Virus record (IMG/VR): IMGVR_UViG_3300009609_000004
Coordinates: 1-62,220 of that record
Origin: a virus
Taxonomy: Duplodnaviria; Caudoviricetes
Reading direction: 5' to 3' (one strand)
Length of the DNA: 62,220 bases
The translations under genes were made by a program, and so were the position numbers. Below are positions 7,453 through 17,816 of the stretch, in pieces. The notes under the pieces are model-generated. The model saw only the letters and a list, made by a program, of their open reading frames with translations, made no database searches and had not been told where the DNA came from. Numbering within the stretch: the first letter of the stretch is position 1; each line of letters begins with the position of its first letter.

Positions 7453-10188
7453 ATGTCAAGGTTCGTGGTAGCGGCTATGTTCATCCTCATTTTCTCGCTT
7501 TCCGCGCATGCCGCCTGTACCGGCTCCAGCCCAACATGGACCACTACTGTAGACAGAGCATCTGTTCAATCCTGCCTCGATTCAGCCGTTGACGGCGACA
7601 CGATCAACATCTCGGCAGGTTCGGACACCTGGACAACTGCGGTTTCGTACACAAATAAGAGGCTCAAGATACTAGGTCCAACCTGCACGCTGAATGCTGC
7701 CGGTCAGCCTACAGCCTGCCCCGTAGTCATCTCCGTCAACACTGGCAACTCGGCAATCGTCGCGACCATTTGCTCAGCCGATGACTTCATGGAAATCGGG
7801 CATTTGGAGTTCGTTCTCCTGTCAGTGTCAAACGCGGGCGTTATTGAGACCAATTGCACTGCCGCGAATGGCTACCCGGCTGAGGCGTTCCGCGTTCATC
7901 ACGTCAGGATGACTGGAAGCCCGGTCAGTGGCGGACGATGGATGCTGTTCTACGCGACCTACGGCCTCGTGGACCACGTGTATTTGTCCTCCGGAACGGT
8001 GGGCAATATCTCGATGGCGCAGGACAACACAAGCAGCACCTGCAACTCCTATCACGAGCCGTTTGCTCTCGGCGACGAATACGCGCTCTTCATCGAAGAC
8101 AGTTATCTTTACTCGACTGGCGTGAACGTTGGGAATGGCACCCAGGATCACTACATGGGTGCACGATACGTCTTCCGGATGAATACGGTTTACAACAACC
8201 ATTCCGGGCATCACGGACTGGACTCCGGCAATTGCGGCGTGCCGACGTTCGAGTATTACGGCAACACCTGGATATCCGAAAGTGGCATCCCGAGTGTTCA
8301 GTTGATCCACCCGAGAAGCGGAACCGGAATCGTGTGGGGAAACAAGGTCCAAAACAACGTCAACGCGGCGAATGGATATACGAGCCTTCTCCGGCCTATT
8401 TGTTATGCCTGCATGTCGGATTCTGAGGCGCTTGGCATCACCAATCTTGGCGACCTGGGTTTGTCCGCACGCGCCGCCCGCTACTACCCAACTGGCACGT
8501 GGGGAGCGCCGTACACGGGGACGTCCAACTATGACGACGGGCTCGGAAACTACGTCAAAAGCAACGTTCTCATCGATGGGAACCTGAACGGCAGCTATCC
8601 GCTCGGGAACATGGATTCTGGTTTAAGTCGAACAGTTACCGATATGGTGACGACGGCCGGAAGCACGACAATCACATCGACCAACGCAGACTTCGTTGCA
8701 GGTGACGTGACCGGAGTTCCCGTTACTCAAGCCGAAAACTTTGTAGCTGGGCGGTCGCTGTCCTGCACTGTCGTCAGCGGCGATCCAACGGTTGTATGTG
8801 CTGGAGGAAATTTCACCGCAGCCGATGATGGACGAGAAGTTAGTTCGCTGGATCAGTCAACAATCGTTTCGCCGAACGTGACCACGATTGATTCCATAAC
8901 GAACTCCACCACTGTGGAACTAGTCAACGCTCCAGAGACAACAGGAACGCAGGTACTAGTCTTTGCCGATCCTCGTATCGTCTCAATCTCAGATGAACAC
9001 ACGGCAGTAATGAACGTCCCGGCGACGGCAAACGGGACAGGAAAAACCCTAACCATCGGCTACAGCAATCAGCGTTACCCGCTCGCCGATCAACCAGGGT
9101 GGGGTTACTTCGCATCGGCGAATGCAGGGCTTTGGCCGACACAGACCTCCTATTCAACGGCAAACTTTGAAGGTCTGATGCCAATCTACATGGTCGGCAA
9201 TCTCTGGCAGACGGTCAACGATTCACTGGTTGTGCAGACAAGCACGAATCCGCCCGCGACGGCGGCGTTTTTCACTTCAACAGGCGGCTATCTCAAAGCA
9301 GATCGGGAGTGGTACGACCCCTATCCGAATCCAGCTGGGGCTGGCATTCAAACAAACGCGACCACGCCGTTTAACGGAACGTCGGGAACCGGCATCGGAA
9401 CGATAGAGAACATCCCAACGACATGCACGGCTGGAGTCGGTTATTGGGCAGTCAATGAAGGAACGTGGAACAGCGGCAGCTTCACCTACACGTATCCGAA
9501 CGGCGGCAGCACTTACACTCATGGCCGGTTCTATAAGTGCGTAGCTACGGATGATTGGGATCTGTTCTACACGCCCTTCGATTACCCGCACCCCCTTCAG
9601 GGCGCAGTTACTCTGACTTCAGTGTCACCCGATCAAGGTAGTCAAAACACGACGGCAGCGGTCACTCTGACCGGGACGGGATTTGACGGCGGCAACTTCG
9701 CTGTCCAAATTACCGGTTCCAACGTCACGATTAATAACATCGCTGGATCAGGCGGAACCACACGCACCGCAGACTTCGTAATTGCAGCGGGAGCGGCCAC
9801 GGGCGACCGAAGCGTTACCGTATCCACGGATGCCGGAACCAGCAACGCTGTCACATTTACCATTGTCGGGTCCAGTGCGCCAGTCTTGACGTCCTTCACC
9901 CCGACTCAGGGAGTTCAGGGCGCTTCCTACTCATTCACGGTTATTGGAACAGGGTTCGACGGTGGCTCTGGAACGTTGACGGAATCCTGCACAGGGTTGT
10001 CATTAAGCGGAATCACTGTTGTCAGTGCGACAAGGATCACGGCGACGCTGACGCTGGCGTCGGACGCTTCGTTAGCTGGCTGCGTTATCGCAGTCACAAC
10101 TACAGGCGGAACAAGCAATACTGAGGTTTTCCAGCCTCAGGCTCTTGCTCAAGCTGGTTATGGAGTAGGACGAACACGAAGAAGGTAG
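7453..10188 (+). CDS. Large signal-peptide-bearing protein: beta-helix-like N-part plus two C-terminal IPT/Ig-like domains
   Basis: Likely start ATG 7453 (MSRFVVAAMFILIFSLSAHA); two repeats of the LTSVSP...TLTGTGFDGG type; many paired Cys. Confidence 0.7.
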   Translation: MSRFVVAAMFILIFSLSAHAACTGSSPTWTTTVDRASVQSCLDSAVDGDTINISAGSDTWTTAVSYTNKRLKILGPTCTLNAAGQPTACPVVISVNTGNSAIVATICSADDFMEIGHLEFVLLSVSNAGVIETNCTAANGYPAEAFRVHHVRMTGSPVSGGRWMLFYATYGLVDHVYLSSGTVGNISMAQDNTSSTCNSYHEPFALGDEYALFIEDSYLYSTGVNVGNGTQDHYMGARYVFRMNTVYNNHSGHHGLDSGNCGVPTFEYYGNTWISESGIPSVQLIHPRSGTGIVWGNKVQNNVNAANGYTSLLRPICYACMSDSEALGITNLGDLGLSARAARYYPTGTWGAPYTGTSNYDDGLGNYVKSNVLIDGNLNGSYPLGNMDSGLSRTVTDMVTTAGSTTITSTNADFVAGDVTGVPVTQAENFVAGRSLSCTVVSGDPTVVCAGGNFTAADDGREVSSLDQSTIVSPNVTTIDSITNSTTVELVNAPETTGTQVLVFADPRIVSISDEHTAVMNVPATANGTGKTLTIGYSNQRYPLADQPGWGYFASANAGLWPTQTSYSTANFEGLMPIYMVGNLWQTVNDSLVVQTSTNPPATAAFFTSTGGYLKADREWYDPYPNPAGAGIQTNATTPFNGTSGTGIGTIENIPTTCTAGVGYWAVNEGTWNSGSFTYTYPNGGSTYTHGRFYKCVATDDWDLFYTPFDYPHPLQGAVTLTSVSPDQGSQNTTAAVTLTGTGFDGGNFAVQITGSNVTINNIAGSGGTTRTADFVIAAGAATGDRSVTVSTDAGTSNAVTFTIVGSSAPVLTSFTPTQGVQGASYSFTVIGTGFDGGSGTLTESCTGLSLSGITVVSATRITATLTLASDASLAGCVIAVTTTGGTSNTEVFQPQALAQAGYGVGRTRRR

Positions 10189-11853
10189 ATGGACTTCCCA
10201 CAACTGATAGGCCCCTCCTATACAACCTGGTCTCCGAAAGCTGAAATCCAGAGCTGCAAGAATCTCTACCTCGAGCGGATCGAGAGCGGTGCCGGTCGCA
10301 ACCGGTACGCGATGTACATGACGTTCGGGACGGAGGTTTGGCATGGCGCGCTTGGGTCGACGAATCGCGGCTTCCTGCTCGACCCGACGAACAATCACCT
10401 CTTTGCGCTTCAGGACAGCACGGTGTACGACCTACTGAGTGACGGCACGACGAACGCGAGTTACGCCGGTGTTTCAGATGACGGGCTTATGGCCAGCATC
10501 GACGCAACCAGCAACTCGCTTTTTATTGTAAGCAAGAACATTCTCTATCGGGTATTCGGCGGCGCGCTGACGACGCCGGCAACGCCATTCACGCCGGAAG
10601 CAGTGGCTGTGATCAATGGAATTGTCGTCACACTCGCCGCAGGAACGAATCGGTTCTATTTCTCGAATGACGATGGGGCGACATGGGGCGCGCTGGATTT
10701 TCAGACGGCGGAAGCCTACCCGAACACCCTGATCAACATGGTTGTTGATCATCAAGAACTGTGGCTCTTTGGGAATCGGCGCACGCAGGTCTTCGTCGTC
10801 GGCCTCGATCCGGACGCTCCGTTTGATCCGGTTTCTTCCGGAGTGATCGAGATGGGGCTTGCGGCAAAACGCGCCGTGGTCCGGATGGATAACTCGATTT
10901 ATTGGCTCGGCCGCAACAAGGACGGCGACCACATGGTTTACCGGGCGAACGGGTATCTGCCGGTTCGTGTGAGCACGCATGCCGTCGAGAACGCCTTCCG
11001 CTCCTATTCGGAACATGAAGACGCCTTCATGCAAGCGTTCCAGTTAAACGGTCACTCGTGCTTCCGGCTGACGTTCCCATCGGCGAATAACGGCCTCGGC
11101 GCCACATGGCAGTACGACGCGAGCCTGCCACCTGAATTAGCGTGGGTCGAAGTCCCCTGGTGGAATCTGCGGCAGGGGCAATACGAGCGGAACCGTGCAA
11201 ACGGCATCGTGTCTGCGTTTGGCAAGATCCTTGTAGGCGATTACGCGAACGGGCACATCTACGAAATGAGTCCGGACTTTGCCTACGATTGGGGTTTCCC
11301 GCTGCGATGGGAGCGGCGTTGCCCACACATCACTCAGGATCGAAAGCGCATTCGGTATCAGCGGTTCGATCTGTTTATTCAGCCCGGCGTCGGCCGCGTT
11401 GCTCCGTTGTGGCTGAATTCGTGGTCCCTGGACCCTGCCACCTTCGCGTCGGATCTGGCGGCCGCTGTGTTCCTCGGCTCGGTGACCTCGGCACAGGCGG
11501 TCACGCTTCAGCGTATCTACGATTACCTGCCTTACACGCCGCTCGATACGTGGCCTTCGCCGGATGTGATGAACGCCCTCGGTTTCTATCCGTGGGGGAG
11601 TGTTTCGAGTCTTTCAAATGGAACGACATTGGGAGATCCGCCTCAGCTTGCAGCTCGGTGGTCGGACGATGGCGGGGAAACCTTCGGGGCGTACCAGTAT
11701 CGCAGCATGGGCCTCAGCGGTGAGTACAGCAAGGAATTGTCATGGCTTCGCTGCGGCATGGGATTCGATCGGGTGTGGGAGATCAGCGGCGACGCGCCTG
11801 TGAAGACTGCCATCGTGCAGGGCACGTTCGATGCTGAGGTATGCCAGAACTGA
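10189..11853 (+). CDS. Tail hub / packaged-DNA stabilization protein (P22 gp10-like)
   Basis: AEAYPNTL, ELWLFG, RVSTHAVE and RWSDDGG motifs typical of the family. Confidence 0.85.
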   Translation: MDFPQLIGPSYTTWSPKAEIQSCKNLYLERIESGAGRNRYAMYMTFGTEVWHGALGSTNRGFLLDPTNNHLFALQDSTVYDLLSDGTTNASYAGVSDDGLMASIDATSNSLFIVSKNILYRVFGGALTTPATPFTPEAVAVINGIVVTLAAGTNRFYFSNDDGATWGALDFQTAEAYPNTLINMVVDHQELWLFGNRRTQVFVVGLDPDAPFDPVSSGVIEMGLAAKRAVVRMDNSIYWLGRNKDGDHMVYRANGYLPVRVSTHAVENAFRSYSEHEDAFMQAFQLNGHSCFRLTFPSANNGLGATWQYDASLPPELAWVEVPWWNLRQGQYERNRANGIVSAFGKILVGDYANGHIYEMSPDFAYDWGFPLRWERRCPHITQDRKRIRYQRFDLFIQPGVGRVAPLWLNSWSLDPATFASDLAAAVFLGSVTSAQAVTLQRIYDYLPYTPLDTWPSPDVMNALGFYPWGSVSSLSNGTTLGDPPQLAARWSDDGGETFGAYQYRSMGLSGEYSKELSWLRCGMGFDRVWEISGDAPVKTAIVQGTFDAEVCQN

Positions 11854-12254
11854 TCAGCCTCGATAACCTCGAGGTCCGCACCCCTATCGTTGAATTTCCG
11901 ACCAGGCAAGGAACGCCGATTGGGTTACAACTCACGGGCCCTTGGCAGCGGCGGTTTGAAAGCCTTTGGCGGTATGTGCAGCGCAAGCGAGCCGTTCGGG
12001 AAGTTTCTACTTCTCGCAACATCGCATACAGCGAGCGCAGCGCCATCCTGCTTGCAACCGGAACGATCACGCTGACACTGCCCGCTGCTGAGATCGGTGA
12101 CACCTTCTACGTTTTCAATTACGGTTCCGGGGTCATCACGATCGCCGGAACGATCAATGGAAATGCGCTCGGATACCAACTGACGAACCAGTACCAATAC
12201 GCCGAGTTCACCAACGTCGACGGCTCCAACTGGATCGTAACGATCAACAACTAA
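11841..12254 (+). CDS. Tail-associated protein
   Basis: Overlaps the hub gene; C-terminal ITLTLPAA...DGSNW beta domain seen in tail proteins. Confidence 0.55.
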   Translation: MPELISLDNLEVRTPIVEFPTRQGTPIGLQLTGPWQRRFESLWRYVQRKRAVREVSTSRNIAYSERSAILLATGTITLTLPAAEIGDTFYVFNYGSGVITIAGTINGNALGYQLTNQYQYAEFTNVDGSNWIVTINN

Positions 12255-12263
12255 CAACATAAA

Positions 12264-13052
12264 ATGAGATTCGCTGCGCTACTCGCTGCTGTTGCGCTTG
12301 CGGTCGCACCTATTCCACAGGGCGGCCAAGCCACCGTCGTTCGCCACGGCTCAAGCCTCCCGTCTGTCTGTACAGCAAATCAGGACCTCTTTATTCGGGA
12401 CAGCGTCGGCCCCTACTGGTGCTCCGCGGCGAATACGTGGTCGCTCATCGGTGAGCCTGCGGGCCTGATCGGCATGGTCGAGACGGGAACCTGTCCGACC
12501 GGCTACACGCAAGTCACCTCGATCGATGGCCGGATGGCTCTTGCAACGCTGGCGGCACACGGCGACGTGGGGACGACGGGCGGCAGCGACAACATCACGC
12601 CCGCTGGAACGAACAGCGCCCCTGTTTTTACCGGCAATCTAGAAGACACGACAGATGTGAGTGCGGGGACGCCGGCAGGAACAAACAGCGCGGCGACGTT
12701 TACCGGAAACGGCGCGGTCCTGACGGGGACGGTTTCTCAGCCGACCTTTGCCGGCGATGCGGTTACGGCGGCAAGCACGGCGGCTACGCCCGACCTTGTT
12801 GCAGCCGATGTCACCGGAGCGGGAGTCAGTCCCGTCACAACAGCAACGGGGACGGTTTCTCAGCCGACCTTGTCGATGGACAGCTACACGCCAACTGGGA
12901 CCAACAGCGCGGCCACATTTACAGGGAATGCGCTCCCGACACATGAGCATGAAGTGACTGCGACTGGCACGAATTCGGCGCCGACATTCACCGGCACTCA
13001 GTTCGACAACCGCAGCGGATTTATGCGCGTCATATTTTGCAAGAAAGCCTGA
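12264..13052 (+). CDS. Short tail-fibre/collar-like protein with signal peptide
   Basis: Leader MRFAALLAAVALAVA; collar-like PAGLI...CPTGY...GTTGGS; repeated GTNSAxxFTG; HEHE; C-terminal RVIFCKK. Confidence 0.65.
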   Translation: MRFAALLAAVALAVAPIPQGGQATVVRHGSSLPSVCTANQDLFIRDSVGPYWCSAANTWSLIGEPAGLIGMVETGTCPTGYTQVTSIDGRMALATLAAHGDVGTTGGSDNITPAGTNSAPVFTGNLEDTTDVSAGTPAGTNSAATFTGNGAVLTGTVSQPTFAGDAVTAASTAATPDLVAADVTGAGVSPVTTATGTVSQPTLSMDSYTPTGTNSAATFTGNALPTHEHEVTATGTNSAPTFTGTQFDNRSGFMRVIFCKKA

Positions 13053-13059
13053 AAGCCCT

Positions 13060-14931
13060 ATGAAAAAGATTTCCGCTCTGATCCTAATTCTCCTGTTCGT
13101 CATTGCTCCAGTCGCTGCGCAGAACACGGGCGAGCTTGCGACATGGACGATGCCGACGTTTGTGATTGCCGATGGGCACACGCCGGCGGCCCTGGGTTTT
13201 ATCTGTACGACCTCCAGCGGTGGGAGCACTCCGCTCGCGACCTACAGGGATACGGCCCTCACGCAGGCGAACCAGAATCCGATCCGGCTCAGCGCATCGG
13301 GGCAACCTGTCAACAGCGGCACTCCGGTATCGATCTATCTTCTTGCGCAGTCGTACCGGTTCACGCTGTATGCGGCGGGTACGGGCAACACTTGCAACGG
13401 GACGGCAGTCGGTACGCAACTCCGGCAGGTTGACGGGATCTACAATCTCGCTCAACTCTTCACGGAAGCCTTCGTCACAAAACTCGACGACAAAGTGTGC
13501 CACGCCGCGGCGTATACGACACTCGCGAACGCCGGAGCGAAGATCGCGGAATGCCTCTCCGTCCTTCCTTCAACGGGTGGAACAGTTGACGCGCGCGGCC
13601 TTGAAGGCGCTCAAACCGCAACTGCGAATCCGTTCGCAAGTGTGACGAAGCCGTTCGTTCTCCTACTGGGATGCGCGACGATATCGACTTCCGCGCAGTG
13701 GTCCCTTACCGGCCAGGGGCAAAGCATCGTCGGCGCTGGCCGCTGCAGTGTCCTGAAAGCCTCTGGCGCCATAGCGAGCGTACTGAAGCAAGACGGTACG
13801 GTAATCGGAGGAAACGGACTTCAGGGCGGCTATATCGGCCATCTTCGCATCGACGGCAACGGGCTCGCTACTGATGGCTGGATCGGCACGCGAATCTCTG
13901 GCGTGGTGGTTGATCAGGTATCGGTCACAAACGTCACGAGTGCCGGGTTCCGATGCGTCACCGCTTCTTTCGGATGCGTGACCGTCACGTTCAACACGCC
14001 GATTGTCAGCGTCAATTACGAAGCGTTTTCCACGGTTCCAACCTACGGAATTCGGTTCGATGATTCCGGATCTTCAAACAATACGATTATCACATCGAAG
14101 TTTGAAGGGATCACGACTGGCACAGGAATCGGGATTCTCGACGAAGGACAGGCCAACAATTATTACGGCGGAACAACTGAAGGAAACGATGTTGGAATCC
14201 GGACAGGAACGAACGGGCACCACACTTTCTATGGACTGTTTCTTGAGCTGAACACCGTCGCGGACATCCAGATTTACGGGTTTGAAAACGCGTTTATCAA
14301 CATGACCTCGACGTCGGACGTTGCGAATTCGACGCAGTTCATTGGCGCGAGTTCCTATAAGAACAGGCTACAGGATGGGTTCTATACGCGGATCACTCTG
14401 GACGTCGCGAGCGCCTACAACATTCTCGATAATGCCGATGCGACCGTCAGCCTGACGGATAACTCAGCAACAACAACGTGGCGCAATATCAATGTGGCTG
14501 GAGTGGCGCAGCAGGACCGCGGGCCTTATACGATCCTTGCGGAAACCATCACGACGCTCACAAGTACGACGGCAAGCATCACGACGGGCAATATCACGAC
14601 GGCAAACATCACGAACGCCGTGGTCTCTGACTCGGTTGTCGGGGCGGCAGGCGCTGGCCTCAGCCTGAATCTTCAACCTGGAAACAACTCCGCTGGCGAT
14701 GTGCTAATCCGGGACTATCAGAGCACCACGAGGGCTACCGTAGATCAGAACGGCTTCAAGATTGAGCCGGTCGCCTTCGCCGCTCTCGGTACGGCAACGC
14801 TTGGTCTGATCAAACCATGCTCCGACTGCACGGTGACCAGTGGCGCGGACAATACTTGCACGAATGGCGGGACCGGGGCTCTGGCGGTGGCTCTGAACGG
14901 TGTTTGGAGGTGTTTTAATGCGCAGAACTGA
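13060..14931 (+). CDS. Tailspike (head-binding domain plus beta-helix) with N-terminal signal peptide
   Basis: Leader MKKISALILILLFVIAPVAAQ; TPLATYRD...NQNPIRL...YRFTL...VDGI particle-binding motif; pectin-lyase-like central region. Confidence 0.75.
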   Translation: MKKISALILILLFVIAPVAAQNTGELATWTMPTFVIADGHTPAALGFICTTSSGGSTPLATYRDTALTQANQNPIRLSASGQPVNSGTPVSIYLLAQSYRFTLYAAGTGNTCNGTAVGTQLRQVDGIYNLAQLFTEAFVTKLDDKVCHAAAYTTLANAGAKIAECLSVLPSTGGTVDARGLEGAQTATANPFASVTKPFVLLLGCATISTSAQWSLTGQGQSIVGAGRCSVLKASGAIASVLKQDGTVIGGNGLQGGYIGHLRIDGNGLATDGWIGTRISGVVVDQVSVTNVTSAGFRCVTASFGCVTVTFNTPIVSVNYEAFSTVPTYGIRFDDSGSSNNTIITSKFEGITTGTGIGILDEGQANNYYGGTTEGNDVGIRTGTNGHHTFYGLFLELNTVADIQIYGFENAFINMTSTSDVANSTQFIGASSYKNRLQDGFYTRITLDVASAYNILDNADATVSLTDNSATTTWRNINVAGVAQQDRGPYTILAETITTLTSTTASITTGNITTANITNAVVSDSVVGAAGAGLSLNLQPGNNSAGDVLIRDYQSTTRATVDQNGFKIEPVAFAALGTATLGLIKPCSDCTVTSGADNTCTNGGTGALAVALNGVWRCFNAQN

Positions 14932-14940
14932 GAGGGGCCC

Positions 14941-16377
14941 ATGCCAAGCATCGGACAGGTAGCTGCCGGAGCGTCACTCCCGACGTCGGTCGGCCTGAGC
15001 CTGATGAAGGTTCCGAATCCTTATGTTGTCGCTGCGGGCGCCGCCCTTTCGCTCGTCGGCCTCGTCGATAAGATCGGGCAGGGCCGAAAGGCGGCGAACA
15101 AGTTCACGCAGAACGGCGGGCCGCAGGACATCCTGAATAAGCAACTCGCCGCGATCTCGGCAAGTGGTGCGAGCGCGCAAGAGAAGTCGCAGGCTACGGA
15201 TGTCGCATGGCGTTCATTCCTTCAGGCGGCCGATCAGTTCGCTTCTGCAAACCCGAAGCAGTCGAAGGTTGTCAAGCAGGCCATTTACGAGACTCCCGAC
15301 CTGACGAATACCGTCCAGTCTCTTCTCGGAAATAACCCTCTCGATAAGTCCTACACGGATCTCGCAGCGCCGGGAATGGCTACTGGTAACACGCGGCCAA
15401 ATCCCGGGCCGAGTGTCGGCGGGACATTGCTGCGCACGGCTGCGAATGTCGGGCTTCCGTTTGCGATGAACGCCCTTCAGGGCAATCAGCCTATCTCATC
15501 CACAGAATGGAATCCGGAGACGGGGCAATGGGAGACGATTCCGGGAACTTCTTCTGGCGGTGGGGGCGGCGGTGGAATCACACTGCCAGGCGGGAACGCG
15601 AACGCTCCCGGCGGCGGATCGCTTCTTCAGCGTCTGTTGCCGAGCCTAATCTCCGGTGGAACCTCCATCCTCGGCGGCATCTTTGGTTCAAACGCTGCGA
15701 ACCGGGCGGCGGAAACTCAGTCCGATGCCGCACTGGAAGCTGCGCGTCTTCAAACTCAGGCGGGACAGGATGCACTCAACTTCAACCGCGAGGCACTCGC
15801 GCAGCAACAGCAGAACCTGCAGCCGTGGCTGGACTCTGGCGCTGGCGCGCTGCGCTCAATCGAGGAGATGCTTGCCAATCCATTCGTAATGCCAACACAG
15901 GAAGAAGCCATGCAGGATCCGGGCATCCAGTTTCAGATGCAGCAGGGCCAGCGGGCACTTGAGGCGTACGAGCGCGCTCACGGGAAACTGCTTTCGGGGA
16001 AGGCCGTCAAGGACATCAACACTTTCGCCCAGGGCGTCGCTTCGCAGGGTTATTCGAACGTCGCGAACCGCAAACTGCAGGAACGCGAGGCCAATCTGAA
16101 TCCGCTTTTGTCGATGGCCGGGCTCGGGCAAACGTCGATGTCACAGTCCAATGCCGCGATCAGTAACGCTGCGAATCAGAACGCGAACATCGGACTGACG
16201 ACGGCCGGCAATGTCGGCAACTTCCAGACGCAGGGCGCGAACGCCCGAGCGAGCGGGTATGTGGGCAGCGCGAATTCGATGATTAACGCCGTTCAGAACA
16301 TCGGTAACAACATCATGCAGTCGCAGTCGATTGCCGACATCATGCGCCGGTTGCAGCCGAATATGGGGTTTGCATGA
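14941..16377 (+). CDS. DNA ejection/pilot protein (P22 gp7-like C-half)
   Basis: QPWLDSG, DPGIQFQ, GKLLSG and ANARASGYVG motifs; Ala/Gly/Gln-rich. Confidence 0.75.
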   Translation: MPSIGQVAAGASLPTSVGLSLMKVPNPYVVAAGAALSLVGLVDKIGQGRKAANKFTQNGGPQDILNKQLAAISASGASAQEKSQATDVAWRSFLQAADQFASANPKQSKVVKQAIYETPDLTNTVQSLLGNNPLDKSYTDLAAPGMATGNTRPNPGPSVGGTLLRTAANVGLPFAMNALQGNQPISSTEWNPETGQWETIPGTSSGGGGGGGITLPGGNANAPGGGSLLQRLLPSLISGGTSILGGIFGSNAANRAAETQSDAALEAARLQTQAGQDALNFNREALAQQQQNLQPWLDSGAGALRSIEEMLANPFVMPTQEEAMQDPGIQFQMQQGQRALEAYERAHGKLLSGKAVKDINTFAQGVASQGYSNVANRKLQEREANLNPLLSMAGLGQTSMSQSNAAISNAANQNANIGLTTAGNVGNFQTQGANARASGYVGSANSMINAVQNIGNNIMQSQSIADIMRRLQPNMGFA

Positions 16378-17816
16378 TCGATCCTTCGATTCCTCTCAAC
16401 GTCCGCCAGATCCAGCCGCTCAGTCCGATGGATGCGATTCAGCGCAGCATCGCGATCGCCGACATGGTTGCTGGGATGCAGGAACGGCAGCAGGTGGCCA
16501 AACAACGAAAGGAAGAGGCACCACTGCGGACGGCTCGCATCGATAAGGAGAAGCGGGAACTCGCGGACGTTTCCATGCTCGATAGCGTCCTCGACAAACA
16601 TTGGAAACTGAACGACGCGGGCGACACGATTATGGATGACGCCGCGGCGAAGCGAGAACTCCCGGGCCATCTTCATCCGATCTACGATGCGCAAAAGACG
16701 GCGTTCCTGAAGTCGAAGCGCCAGGGCATCCTTGACGAGTACAGCACTCAAAAGCAGGTCATCGACAACCTCGGCAGTGCGGCCGATAGCTTTCTTGACC
16801 TCGACGATGAGCAGCGCGCGGCGCAGTATCCAGCGTTCCTGGAGACCGTGCGTGGTGTCAATCCAGCACTCGCTCAGTCATTTCCGCCGCAGTACGACCC
16901 GACAAATGCAGCATCGAAGGTGCAGGATCTTTCCTATGAAGCCTTTCGGGTTAAAGATGCTACGTCGAAAGTGAAGTGGCATCAGGATCGTGATGACCTG
17001 CGCGTTTTCAAGATGACTCCGCAGCAAATCTGGAAAGAGGACCATCCGGAGGACGCGGACAGCGAAGCGCCAGAATGGTGGGTGAACGCGATCGAGGCAC
17101 GGAAGCGCGGACTGAAAGAGCCACCGGTGTCGATGTACAAGCCGACGAGGATCGGGACGCTGACTGGCGACAACCTGCCTGCGGATGCGACCGATGATCA
17201 GGGCAATAGCATCGCTGCGGACCTGCGGCGCGCCGAGGTATCGTTCGATCGATTCCGGGATCCGGCGACTGGCAAGTCCTACTATCAAGCCGGGAAGACG
17301 GCGGCGAAGACTTCGCGGGAAAAAGAGCACGAGCGCGTCGAACGTGCGTATGCCGTCGCGGTCGGTAAGAAGTACGAGGATCTTGACGACAGGGACCGTG
17401 TCGCGGCTGACGCTTGGTACAAGAAACTCACGCCGGCGAAGGCGACTGAATTCGATAAACGGCTCGCGTTGTACTCGCGCGATCCTGAGACCTATGCCGC
17501 CCTTTATGGCCACGGCGCAGACGACAAGCCGCTAACTCAGGCACAGAAGGCAACAATCATAAATCGCATTAATGCCGACATTTCAAAGCAGGGCCTCACT
17601 GGAGAGACGGCTGCAAATTACCGTGCTTCCCGAGTGAAGGAATTGAAAGAGGCTGGGATTGAGATTTCGGTGGCTGCCGCTACTCCCACGGCAAAACCGC
17701 AGCCTGGCGGAATGGTCGTTGTTGAACTGAAAAACGGTAAGCGCGGGAACATTCCTGCAGCGAACGTCGATAAGTTCCTGAAAGAGAATCCCGGCTCGAA
17801 GCGTGTCAAATCTTGA
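16374..17816 (+). CDS. Putative ejection protein (gp20-like position)
   Basis: MIDPSIPL start; helical; lies between the pilot and large ejection genes with overlapping stop/start codons. Confidence 0.6.
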   Translation: MIDPSIPLNVRQIQPLSPMDAIQRSIAIADMVAGMQERQQVAKQRKEEAPLRTARIDKEKRELADVSMLDSVLDKHWKLNDAGDTIMDDAAAKRELPGHLHPIYDAQKTAFLKSKRQGILDEYSTQKQVIDNLGSAADSFLDLDDEQRAAQYPAFLETVRGVNPALAQSFPPQYDPTNAASKVQDLSYEAFRVKDATSKVKWHQDRDDLRVFKMTPQQIWKEDHPEDADSEAPEWWVNAIEARKRGLKEPPVSMYKPTRIGTLTGDNLPADATDDQGNSIAADLRRAEVSFDRFRDPATGKSYYQAGKTAAKTSREKEHERVERAYAVAVGKKYEDLDDRDRVAADAWYKKLTPAKATEFDKRLALYSRDPETYAALYGHGADDKPLTQAQKATIINRINADISKQGLTGETAANYRASRVKELKEAGIEISVAAATPTAKPQPGGMVVVELKNGKRGNIPAANVDKFLKENPGSKRVKS

